Shown in pieces: positions 26,832-34,767 of a stretch of DNA of 37,794 nt (position 1 is the stretch's first letter; every line of letters begins with the position of its first letter). The notes beneath the pieces were generated by a model. The model searched no databases and had not been told where the DNA came from. It saw only the letters and a list, made by a program, of their open reading frames with translations. Location: IMG/VR virus record IMGVR_UViG_3300003375_000067, positions 1 through 37,794 of that record. One strand, written 5' to 3'. Position numbers and translations under genes: made by a program. Origin of the DNA: a virus (taxonomy: Duplodnaviria; Caudoviricetes).

Positions 26832-28031
26832 ATGAAACTGCGTTATAACTTTAGATTATATCCAGATGAAGAACAAGAAGCAAGCATGAAACAGACGGCG
26901 GGCAATACCCGTTTCATCTGGAACTATTTTCTTACTCAGAACAGACTGCATTATGATCTATACAAAAGATTCGTATTTGAGTTTGATATGAATAATGAAC
27001 TTCCATATGTCAAATCTAAATACGAATGGCTTAATACTTCATATAGTCAAGTGCTACAAGCAAAGTTAAAGGATTTAAGCAAAGCACTAAAGTTCAAAAA
27101 GAACAACAGGGGATTTCCTCATTACCAAAAGAAATGGAATGCGTCTGACTCATTTAGATATGTTCAACATACAAAAATCATAGATGGAAAACTAAGATTA
27201 CCAAAGATAGGCGATATCAGAATCAAGTTGCATCGTGACCTGCCAAAATATTCATCAGTCACTATCTATCAAGATGCTGGTAAGTGGTATGCGTCTTTTG
27301 TAATCGAAGTAGATGAACAACCAAAAGTAAAGATCGATACTTCTATTGGTATTGATGTTAATGCTAATAATATAGCCGATTCAAACAAAATATTACATCT
27401 AACACCAAGACCCAATAGAAAATATAAGCAAAAGTTAAAATTCTTACAACAAGAAGTAAGTAGAAAGAAGAAAAAATCTAAAAATAGAATGAAAGCAATG
27501 GCCAGATTAAAGCGGTTCAGTGCTCATTTAAGAAATATACGACTTAACTTTTTACATCAGATAAGTGCGCGAATAACCAAAGCAGCAGACCTGGTGTTAG
27601 TCGAAACCCTAAATATTGAAGAAATGAAAAAGAATCATAAAGTAGCAATAGCCGTTCAAGATAACGGATGGGCTGCTCTTTTTGGTTTACTTCAATATAA
27701 ATGTGAATTGATAGGACATCACTTTCATAAAATCAATAAATGGCTGGCATCAAGTAAGACCTGTCATTGTTGTGGTAATAAGAAAGATAAGTTAGATCTA
27801 TCTATTCGAACCTATGTTTGTGATGAATGTGGTCACATCGAAGATCGCGATATCAACGCAGCTCTGAACATAGACACTTGGGGATGGCAGGAAGTTATGC
27901 GTCGAGTTAAAAAGTCAGGTCCGGAACGGGCCAAAGTGCTTCTGGATGTCGTGCTTGATACTCTATCATCGGACGGAATATCAAGCACTCAACTTAAAGA
28001 AGAAGCCGCGACTTCTTTAGAGTCGCGGTAG
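26832..28031 (+). CDS. tnpB: RNA-guided endonuclease TnpB
   Basis: N-terminal FRLYP, RuvC GID / VETL / DRDINAA, zinc finger SSKTCHCCG...CDECG. Confidence 0.95.
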   Translation: MKLRYNFRLYPDEEQEASMKQTAGNTRFIWNYFLTQNRLHYDLYKRFVFEFDMNNELPYVKSKYEWLNTSYSQVLQAKLKDLSKALKFKKNNRGFPHYQKKWNASDSFRYVQHTKIIDGKLRLPKIGDIRIKLHRDLPKYSSVTIYQDAGKWYASFVIEVDEQPKVKIDTSIGIDVNANNIADSNKILHLTPRPNRKYKQKLKFLQQEVSRKKKKSKNRMKAMARLKRFSAHLRNIRLNFLHQISARITKAADLVLVETLNIEEMKKNHKVAIAVQDNGWAALFGLLQYKCELIGHHFHKINKWLASSKTCHCCGNKKDKLDLSIRTYVCDECGHIEDRDINAALNIDTWGWQEVMRRVKKSGPERAKVLLDVVLDTLSSDGISSTQLKEEAATSLESR

Positions 28032-28036
28032 TTCAC

Positions 28037-28193
28037 TCATACACTTATTAAATATTTTAGTAACTGCCTTTTCAGCATCTTCAATTTTTGGCGACAGTAT
28101 GTTAGCTTGTGCTAGAAACCATTTTATTTTTTCTGCATTGGTGATGAGATTTTTTGGAATATTTGATGTATATTCGGTTAACGGTGTATTCAT
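28037..28193 (-). pseudogene. small late gene whose last codons are displaced by the IS
   Basis: ATAAATA (28217-28223), AGGA SD, ATG28193. Removing the IS gives ...FNKCMNK* with an ATGA overlap onto ATG26310. Confidence 0.55.
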
Positions 28194-28240
28194 TAAATGT
28201 GTCCTATTGTTTAAAATATTTATCCACGTATTAAAAATGC

Positions 28241-28268
28241 TTGACATCAACTGTAACTATGCTATTAT
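28241..28268 (+). promoter_or_regulatory. sigma70-like early promoter
   Basis: TTGACA-N16-TATTAT with TGC. Confidence 0.65.
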
Positions 28269-28294
28269 ACCGGTGTAAAGAAGGAATCTAAGTC

Positions 28295-28510
28295 ATGCCC
28301 CAGCCTTCTCGTTACCTAGTGTCCTCGTACTGGCGCGGTGCAATAAATGTCAGCCAAATGCGAACATTTGATGAATTTGCTGAAGCATGCAATTATGCAC
28401 TGCAACTAAAGCCGGCAGGAGACGATGATGGCGGATATTTTTCAACATTCGTCAGGGTTTATCAGATCTTTGATGACAAACCTCCTGTGCAAATCAAAAA
28501 ATATCGTTGA
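28295..28510 (+). CDS. hypothetical protein
   Basis: AAGGA SD; own promoter. Confidence 0.6.
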   Translation: MPQPSRYLVSSYWRGAINVSQMRTFDEFAEACNYALQLKPAGDDDGGYFSTFVRVYQIFDDKPPVQIKKYR

Positions 28511-28534
28511 CAACACTGACTGATGTGCTACTAT
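28507..28534 (+). promoter_or_regulatory. sigma70-like early promoter
   Basis: TTGACA-N16-TACTAT with TGTGC. Confidence 0.6.
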
Positions 28535-28562
28535 AAGATATAAGATAAAGGTTGTAAACAAT

Positions 28563-28898
28563 ATGAGCACTTTTTCGTGTCCGGTCGTGCGTGTAGCCTG
28601 GGTTGAGGATCACCCCAATGCCGATAGGTTGAGTTTGGTACGCCTCGAAGGACTAGGTTACCTATGCATCAGCGGAAAACTGGAAGACGGTAGCCCACGC
28701 TACCGAGCCGGTGACTGGTGTGTCTATATCCCCAGTGCCGCAGTGCTGCCTGAATGGCTGCTCAAGGAGATGGATTTCTGGAATGAGGAAACCGGCAAGG
28801 GTATGTTGTCTGGCAGCGATGGCAACCGCGTTAAGCCACTGAAGTTGCGTGGTATTTTTTCGGAAGGGTTGATTTTAGGATTAGCTCACGATCCATAA
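28563..28898 (+). CDS. RNA ligase DRB0094 family, N-terminal OB-like part (split gene)
   Basis: HPNADRL, GDWCVYIP..AVLP, RVK..KLRGIFSEGL. Confidence 0.85.
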   Translation: MSTFSCPVVRVAWVEDHPNADRLSLVRLEGLGYLCISGKLEDGSPRYRAGDWCVYIPSAAVLPEWLLKEMDFWNEETGKGMLSGSDGNRVKPLKLRGIFSEGLILGLAHDP

Positions 28899-28904
28899 AC
28901 TAGG

Positions 28905-29675
28905 TTATTTCTTCTTGCACTTATCACCGTGCCACCTTGCGATATTTCCTTTATTACCAGTTGTGCCACAATGAGGGCATTCGAGTTTTATACTCCATGG
29001 ATTCTTACCGTTAGCCATAGCTTCTTGAGAGATTTTTGTATTCGCTATACTTCTCGGTGATTGTTTGCGCATTCTTTCGGTTTCAACAAACTGATCGTAA
29101 TCAAGATTTTTGAATTTGCATTTATCAAAATGACTCTTCATCATTCCTGGCTTACTACCAGTTTTCCTACAATGAGGACAGGTTACCTTGATGAAATTTG
29201 CATGTCGCCCTTCTCTAATCATTCTTTCATTATGTGTTGAGCCTTGCAGGTTGTGCGTTCCTTCTCTTGCTCTTCTCAATGCATTCTCCCTTGACATTGT
29301 GCCATCCAATAAGTTATGTCTACCTGATTCAACCAGGACTCTTTGAGTCCTGCGTTGCATTTCGCCACCTACAAATGGATGCTTGCCAGTTTCTTTCATA
29401 TGGGCATTCACCTCTTTAGATAATCGTGATCTCTCCTCGGCGGAGATTTCTAGCAATGAGGCTAGCCGGATAGCTGCCCATAAATCTCCTTGATCTAAAT
29501 GAATTTGATAATGATCTTCTACAGAAACAGCTTGTAGATTACCTGGGTTATTGTTATTATGATTACCATCTATGTGATGAATGTGATAGGATCGACCTTG
29601 GTGGTCCTTGGGAATAACACCGTGGTGGTTCTCATAGATTTTACGATAGTTGGTGGTTGTGCAATAAATACACAT
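28905..29675 (-). CDS. free-standing HNH homing endonuclease with C-terminal zinc-finger repeats
   Basis: YRKIYE.HHG.IP, HIHHIDGNH.NN.P.NL....EDH..IH; two CPHC...H..KC repeats; GGAG SD before ATG29675. Confidence 0.88.
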   Translation of the reverse strand: MCIYCTTTNYRKIYENHHGVIPKDHQGRSYHIHHIDGNHNNNNPGNLQAVSVEDHYQIHLDQGDLWAAIRLASLLEISAEERSRLSKEVNAHMKETGKHPFVGGEMQRRTQRVLVESGRHNLLDGTMSRENALRRAREGTHNLQGSTHNERMIREGRHANFIKVTCPHCRKTGSKPGMMKSHFDKCKFKNLDYDQFVETERMRKQSPRSIANTKISQEAMANGKNPWSIKLECPHCGTTGNKGNIARWHGDKCKKK

Positions 29676-29774
29676 GCTGAATGCTCCCTTATAGCGTTTA
29701 GAGGGGGTGGTCCTGTCGGGGACGCGATCCTCAACACTATTTATGCTTGACATATTCGCTGCGTGTGCTATTAT
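29664..29774. promoter_or_regulatory. divergent control region: minus-strand late promoter and structured leader, plus-strand sigma70-like promoter
   Basis: ATAAATA (minus, 29738-29744); TTGACA-N16-TATTAT (plus, 29747-29774). Confidence 0.65.
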
Positions 29775-29802
29775 TAGTGAATAAGCGCAGAAGAGAGTGT
29801 AG

Positions 29803-30630
29803 ATGTCAATCCTACTGAAAATCGAAGATGGAACTATGCACCGAGTTGAACTCGGGCAGGATGTGTCAGAGATCCTAGGCATTACCAAGTGGTCTCCGCC
29901 TATCCCAGTTCACATGGCTGGTGAAGTTGCCAATGTTTCCGAGGCTGCTACCAACTATGACTTTGAGCGTTGGGAAAATGTTCTAGATATCTTTGATGAG
30001 AATATCCGTGTGAATGCTGTGGAAAAAGCACATGGTACATTTTGTCTTATGCAGTATATTCCTGGGCTGAACCATCTAGAAATGTTTGGAGAACAAGGTA
30101 ATATCACTGTCAGCAGCAAAGGTCTTGGCAAGCAGGGTTTGGTGTTCAAAAACAACAGCAACAATGATGGTAACCTTTATGTCCGCAATCTACGTGAGTT
30201 GCTGGATAATGGCTTTGAACACAATATGCGTGCAATATCAAACACGCATAGCAATACGGTGATTAAAATTTATGGAGAAATCTTTGGCGGGTCGGTTCAG
30301 GACCTAAAGTATGGCACCAATTCACCCGAGTTCCGAGTATTTGATGTTCAGATTGGAAAGCAATTTCTAACTCGCCGTGATGCAGAAATTATTTGTCGTG
30401 AATTGGAATTGGAAATGCTGCCCGTGCTGTATTCTGGTCCTTTTGACCTTGATGCCATTGTCAAGGTGCGTGATGGCAAGACCATGATTGGTGGTGATAA
30501 TATCCGTGAGGGTGTGGTTGTCACTTGTGCTGATGGTGGTTATCATTCATCACATGGTCGTAAGATTTGCAAGTTTATTAGCCCTGCCTATCTGACTCGT
30601 TCCAACAAAGATGCCACGGAGTACACCTGA
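29803..30630 (+). CDS. RNA ligase DRB0094 family, nucleotidyltransferase part (split gene)
   Basis: GQDVSEILGITKW.PPIP, motif I EKAHG, YGEIFG, FRVFDV, REGVVV, K.IS..YL. Confidence 0.88.
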   Translation: MSILLKIEDGTMHRVELGQDVSEILGITKWSPPIPVHMAGEVANVSEAATNYDFERWENVLDIFDENIRVNAVEKAHGTFCLMQYIPGLNHLEMFGEQGNITVSSKGLGKQGLVFKNNSNNDGNLYVRNLRELLDNGFEHNMRAISNTHSNTVIKIYGEIFGGSVQDLKYGTNSPEFRVFDVQIGKQFLTRRDAEIICRELELEMLPVLYSGPFDLDAIVKVRDGKTMIGGDNIREGVVVTCADGGYHSSHGRKICKFISPAYLTRSNKDATEYT

Positions 30631-30803
30631 TGACACTGGAAACTGTGATCGCCAATCTGGAGAACACCATCCAGGGCAAACAAGCACTGTTATCGGACAT
30701 GGATTTCTATGGTGGTAGCAACCGATATACCCGAGAGTTTTTGAGGATCAACATCAATGAACTTGAAAGAATATTGGCTAATCTCCGGGCCATTGAAGGA
30801 TGA
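30630..30803 (+). CDS. small hypothetical protein (57 aa)
   Basis: TGATG coupling; MTLETVIANLENTI... Confidence 0.55.
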   Translation: MTLETVIANLENTIQGKQALLSDMDFYGGSNRYTREFLRININELERILANLRAIEG

Positions 30804-30989
30804 ATGATGATTGAACCAATCCGCACCACAGCCGAGCGGTGCCGCGAGCTTCGAGAAAAGCATGGAATTGGACTGCATGAGGCCCGCAGGATGGCTGTCC
30901 GAGAACTTACCCGTGAGGCCATTGAGCAGGCCCAAACCATAGACGATCTCAAAATCATTTTGATAACACTGCTGGAAGGAATACGATGA
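30804..30989 (+). CDS. small hypothetical protein
   Basis: ELREKHGIGLHEARR helix pattern; operon packing. Confidence 0.55.
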   Translation: MMIEPIRTTAERCRELREKHGIGLHEARRMAVRELTREAIEQAQTIDDLKIILITLLEGIR

Positions 30990-31234
30990 CAACCGTAAAA
31001 GAACTGATTGAGCTGTTGCAGGGTTTTGATCCCAACGCTTTGGTGATCATGCAAAGGGATCCGGAGGGTAATGGCTACGCTCCCCTGAGCGGTGCCGAGG
31101 ACAACGGCGCCTGGGATGCACGGGACAGGGAATATGGGTATGCAAATCTCACCGAAGAATTGCAGCAGCGTGGTTATTCCGAAGAGGATTGCATAGATGG
31201 CGCGCCTGCTGTCGTTCTTTGGCCGGCGTGGTGA
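30986..31234 (+). CDS. hypothetical phage protein
   Basis: MTTVKELIELLQ..DP...DPEGNGY. Confidence 0.65.
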   Translation: MTTVKELIELLQGFDPNALVIMQRDPEGNGYAPLSGAEDNGAWDARDREYGYANLTEELQQRGYSEEDCIDGAPAVVLWPAW

Positions 31235-31239
31235 ATCCA

Positions 31240-31662
31240 ATGGCCAAAACCGTCAGCGCAGGGGTGGTGATAACCAATGGCAAGAAGGTACTTCTTTGCC
31301 ATGTAACGGGTAATCGGCATTGGGATCTGCCCAAAGGCAAGATAGAACCCGATGAGCAACATGCGGATGCAGCAGTTAGAGAGTTATATGAGGAAACCAG
31401 CCTGCGTGTTGCAGCAGCTGAGCTGGAGCCTCTCGGCCTTTTTAAGTATAAAAAGGACAAGGACCTTAGCCTATTCCTTTATCGTGTTGACAAGATGCCA
31501 GACACGGCAGGATTGGATTGCCTCAGCACATTTGATTCCGGCAAGGGCATTTTCAAGAAGGAAATGGATGGGTTTGCCAATGTAGCCTGGGACAAAATAG
31601 ACAAACGTGTTTTGCCGGACATGCTGCGTGTGTTGACGGCCGTATATGGAAATCTAAAATGA
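31240..31662 (+). CDS. NUDIX hydrolase
   Basis: WDLPKGKIEPDEQHADAAVRELYEETSL Nudix box. Confidence 0.92.
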   Translation: MAKTVSAGVVITNGKKVLLCHVTGNRHWDLPKGKIEPDEQHADAAVRELYEETSLRVAAAELEPLGLFKYKKDKDLSLFLYRVDKMPDTAGLDCLSTFDSGKGIFKKEMDGFANVAWDKIDKRVLPDMLRVLTAVYGNLK

Positions 31663-32186
31663 ATGCCAAATCGCTGGCCGATAAGATCATGATGTACTGG
31701 ATGGCATTTTGTGTGCTGGCAACGCTAGGGACCATTGTTTTGGTCTGTTTTGGGTATCCTGCCGCGATTTTACTACAGTCATCTTCTCTGTTGGTTGGGT
31801 TCATACTGGTGTTACCGGTTACAACAATATGGCCAAAATATCCTTGGTTCATCAACCTGGTGTCACGATTGAACAAAAGATATCTACCAGTTGAATTGTT
31901 TGACTACCACTGCGAACGCGTCTATTCAATTGCCATGATGGCTGAGGATGGACGATTGCATGCTGCGACATATTGGATGAACAACATAGGTGATTCGATT
32001 TTATTGCCAGATGGCAGAGTGGATCCGGAGTCGCCCAGCAGTTACCACTATTTTTGGTTACCCATGGACAAATCCCAGAGAACGGCCATGATACTCACGA
32101 ACGATTTCCCTGACTTTGATATGATTTCCCAGCTGCCTGAGCGGGAACGGCACGCGATACTTTACACACTAAGGAACAAACCATGA
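31659..32186 (+). CDS. hypothetical membrane protein
   Basis: Two N-terminal hydrophobic helices; ATGA coupling at both ends. Confidence 0.65.
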   Translation: MNAKSLADKIMMYWMAFCVLATLGTIVLVCFGYPAAILLQSSSLLVGFILVLPVTTIWPKYPWFINLVSRLNKRYLPVELFDYHCERVYSIAMMAEDGRLHAATYWMNNIGDSILLPDGRVDPESPSSYHYFWLPMDKSQRTAMILTNDFPDFDMISQLPERERHAILYTLRNKP

Positions 32187-32413
32187 CACAAGATAGTTTA
32201 GGCGATCGCATGAAGGTATACGAATACCAGGAAACCAACAGGCGATTCCTTCCTAATCTACCAATCTATGCACGTATTGACGGGCACGGTTTCAGCCGGT
32301 TTACACGAGGCATGCAACGACCCTACGACGAACGCATGAGCCGTGCCATGGTGGCAACCGCCGGGGCCCTGGTGGAGAAAACGCATGCTACTCTTCGCAT
32401 ATTAATTCAATAA
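32183..32413 (+). pseudogene. Thg1-like guanylyltransferase, displaced 5' fragment
   Basis: LGDRMK.YE...PIYARIDG..FS.FT..M.RPYD; colinear with the first ~71 aa of 33367..34191, then ends. Confidence 0.85.
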
Positions 32414-32416
32414 ATA

Positions 32417-33280
32417 TCATATTAATTTAGCATACCAACCGGCATATATTAGTATGTTACGCCTGGTTGCGTATGATCTAGCTCGTTTTGTATCATATGA
32501 TAGTGGTTTATCATTATACATTGTATCTCGTAGATTAGAAAATGGTAAGTTGTTGTCAATACAATATTGTTTAAAATTTCCAATGCAAGTGTGAATTAAT
32601 TGTCCTTCTGCATTATATATTGCTATTTGTTTAGCATTTGGATTGTCTGCACCAGATACTTTGTTTTTATTAACCCCTACTAGATTGGTATTGTTATTGA
32701 ATTCTTCTCGTGTGACACTAATGGTTGAATTAGTTTCTGTATCAAATGCAGATACTAGATTTTTTGAAACATGCACCCATGTTCCATTCTTTATGTTTGG
32801 ATGGTCTTTATCTGCAAGGAATCTATTTCCGTAGTTATCAATAACCGGTGATTTACCTGTATTTGGGCAAGTCATATTGTTTTCTTTATAATCTTTGATA
32901 GATACTTTTATTATCTTACCAGTTGAGTTATATGCATTAGTCATACCACGAAGTTTGAGTTTTGTATCGTCGGTTGATTTAGATCCTAATCTAGAACCAG
33001 CAATCGGGCAGATATTATAGTAAGGAAGAAGCGTATCTATGTAATATTGTTCACGTTCTAACAGGACAAGTTTGTCTTTTTCACAATATTCTAATATACT
33101 AAACATAAATTCGTCTGCACTGTATTTTGACCATGCATTTTGCAATCTTTGAGAATGATGTTGTTTATGATTTAAGTCACGTTTATGTTCATTCCATCTA
33201 CCTTTTATACCAACACTGCTACCTATGTAACACTTTCCACTGGCAATGTGTGTTATTTTGTATACACCCGAATCCGACAT
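32417..33280 (-). CDS. free-standing GIY-YIG homing endonuclease
   Basis: GVYKI......YIGSS, RW.EH, EREQYYID, YN; very AT-rich. Confidence 0.92.
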   Translation of the reverse strand: MSDSGVYKITHIASGKCYIGSSVGIKGRWNEHKRDLNHKQHHSQRLQNAWSKYSADEFMFSILEYCEKDKLVLLEREQYYIDTLLPYYNICPIAGSRLGSKSTDDTKLKLRGMTNAYNSTGKIIKVSIKDYKENNMTCPNTGKSPVIDNYGNRFLADKDHPNIKNGTWVHVSKNLVSAFDTETNSTISVTREEFNNNTNLVGVNKNKVSGADNPNAKQIAIYNAEGQLIHTCIGNFKQYCIDNNLPFSNLRDTMYNDKPLSYDTKRARSYATRRNILIYAGWYAKLI

Positions 33281-33292
33281 ATTCTTATCCTT

Positions 33293-33349
33293 TAAATAGA
33301 TCTATTATGTCTATTTATGCTTGAATTTTATTTCATCACACTGTAAACT
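33293..33349. promoter_or_regulatory. divergent control region: minus-strand late promoter and hairpin, plus-strand sigma70-like promoter
   Basis: ATAAATA (minus, 33312-33318); inverted repeat TAAATAGA/TCTATTTA; TTGAAT-N17-TAAACT (33321-33349). Confidence 0.6.
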
Positions 33350-33366
33350 TAATAAAAGGAGTTATT

Positions 33367-34191
33367 ATGACTGATAGAACGGCTATCGGAGATCGCATGA
33401 AAGACTATGAATCTTATGAAACAGGACGTAGGGTTCTCCCAGGTCTTCCGATTTATGCAAGAATAGATGGGCGGTCGTTTTCCAAATTTACATGTGATAT
33501 GGAACGACCGTATGATATACGTATGTCAAATGCTATGATCGAGACTACTAAAACATTAGTTGATCAATGTAATGCGACTATTGGGCATACAGCATCAGAT
33601 GAGATTAGCCTGGTCTGGACGGCCACTGAGCACGGCAATGCATGGTTTGATGGCAAGATCATAAAAATGACCTCCGTGCTGGCTGGACTGGCAACGGCCG
33701 CATTCATACGGGCAATATCAAGGGAATTTGGATCGGTACAAGGGTCCACCTTGATGGAAAAACTTCCGCACTTTGATGCCCGTGTCATCAGCATGCCCAA
33801 CGAGATGGAAGCGGCAAACATGCTGTTATGGCGTAATCTCGATGCGACCAAGAATGCGGTGAGCATGGCCACGCGTCATTATTACAGCCACAAGGAAATG
33901 CATCTCAAGAACCAAGCCGACATGCACGAAATGCTGTTTGCCAAGGGCGTGAATTTCAACGATTACCCGTATTTTTTCAAGCGCGGAACATGGCTACACC
34001 GTGTAACCGAGGAACGAGTCCTCACCATGGATGAGCTGGAGAATATTCCTGTCCAACATCGTCCGGATGCTGACAAACCGGTGATCCGTAGCAGGATCTC
34101 CGCATATGATATCCCTCCTCTCAATCACCTGGCAAATATCACGGATGTGCTGTTCCGCGGTGCAAAGCCGGAAAAGAAAGTACAAAAATAA
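33367..34191 (+). CDS. tRNA(His) guanylyltransferase Thg1-like protein (3'-5' polymerase family)
   Basis: RIDGRSFSKFT, SDEIS, FDG...K, FDAR, WR..D..KN, KRG; AAGGAG SD. Confidence 0.93.
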   Translation: MTDRTAIGDRMKDYESYETGRRVLPGLPIYARIDGRSFSKFTCDMERPYDIRMSNAMIETTKTLVDQCNATIGHTASDEISLVWTATEHGNAWFDGKIIKMTSVLAGLATAAFIRAISREFGSVQGSTLMEKLPHFDARVISMPNEMEAANMLLWRNLDATKNAVSMATRHYYSHKEMHLKNQADMHEMLFAKGVNFNDYPYFFKRGTWLHRVTEERVLTMDELENIPVQHRPDADKPVIRSRISAYDIPPLNHLANITDVLFRGAKPEKKVQK

Positions 34192-34203
34192 ATTTAGGAA
34201 GAT

Positions 34204-34686
34204 ATGGATATGAAACTAAATGAATTGGACCACCCAAACGGTACATACGCATGCCTGGTTCCCGATGCGGCCAGCAGGGAATCTCTGTGCCAGCTGCAAT
34301 CGCAGTTAAATTTGCCAAATCCCGTGTCTGCCGACGATCTACACATGACCGTGATTTATTCGCGCACCCCGTGTCCTGGGGCCGCGGAAGTGGTTGATGT
34401 TTTCAAACCCATCCATGGGATGATCCAACATCTTGGCTACTTGCCCACACAGACCGGTGCCACTTGCCTGGTGGCCGAGGTTGACTGCCCGGATGCACAC
34501 GCACTGCATGATCATATGCGCAAGCATCACGGCGCAAGCCATGATTACCCCAGCTACATTTCTCATATAACCCTTAGCTACGACTGTCCCAAAGGGCTTA
34601 GGGAATTGTTCAACCCTTTAAAAATAACCTTTGATCAGCTCAAGGTTTCTGCACTCAATACCTCTTGGCAGGCGAAAACCAGCTGA
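34204..34686 (+). CDS. 2H phosphoesterase, Acb1 (T4 gp57B)-like anti-CBASS nuclease
   Basis: G.Y, L.LPNPV...LHMTVIYSR and GASHDY..Y..HITLSY; two HxT motifs in the T4 gp57B arrangement. Confidence 0.8.
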   Translation: MDMKLNELDHPNGTYACLVPDAASRESLCQLQSQLNLPNPVSADDLHMTVIYSRTPCPGAAEVVDVFKPIHGMIQHLGYLPTQTGATCLVAEVDCPDAHALHDHMRKHHGASHDYPSYISHITLSYDCPKGLRELFNPLKITFDQLKVSALNTSWQAKTS

Positions 34687-34703
34687 ATTGCTGCCATTTT
34701 TGG

Positions 34704-34738
34704 TTGACCTAATGCAGCATTGTGTTATTATGCTGCAT
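34704..34738 (+). promoter_or_regulatory. rIIA promoter with overlapping inverted repeat
   Basis: TTGACC-N16-TATTAT; ATGCAGCAT / ATGCTGCAT. Confidence 0.55.
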
Positions 34739-34767
34739 AGGCAATAACAACACAAGGTGTTTTCATA

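Larger units (their letters stand above)
26315..28036 (+). mobile_element. IS200/IS605-family element (divergent tnpA and tnpB)
   Basis: Subterminal hairpins CCGCTAC-TTCTTTAGA-GTAGCGG (26333-26355) and CCGCGAC-TTCTTTAGA-GTCGCGG (28006-28028); right end TCAC at 28036; left end inferred 3' of TTAT (26311-26314). Confidence 0.88.

Noticed and set aside
28899-29802. Group I/II intron or intein explaining the split ligase (and likewise Thg1)
   Set aside because: The inserts are almost fully occupied by an antisense ORF and promoters, leaving no room for a ribozyme core. Stops flank them and no intein termini are visible.
29676-29888. N-terminal extensions given by the ORF track for the HNH (from 29888) and for other genes (16303, 11253, 26806)
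   Set aside because: They run through promoters or leaders; downstream ATGs with proper SD sequences are better starts.
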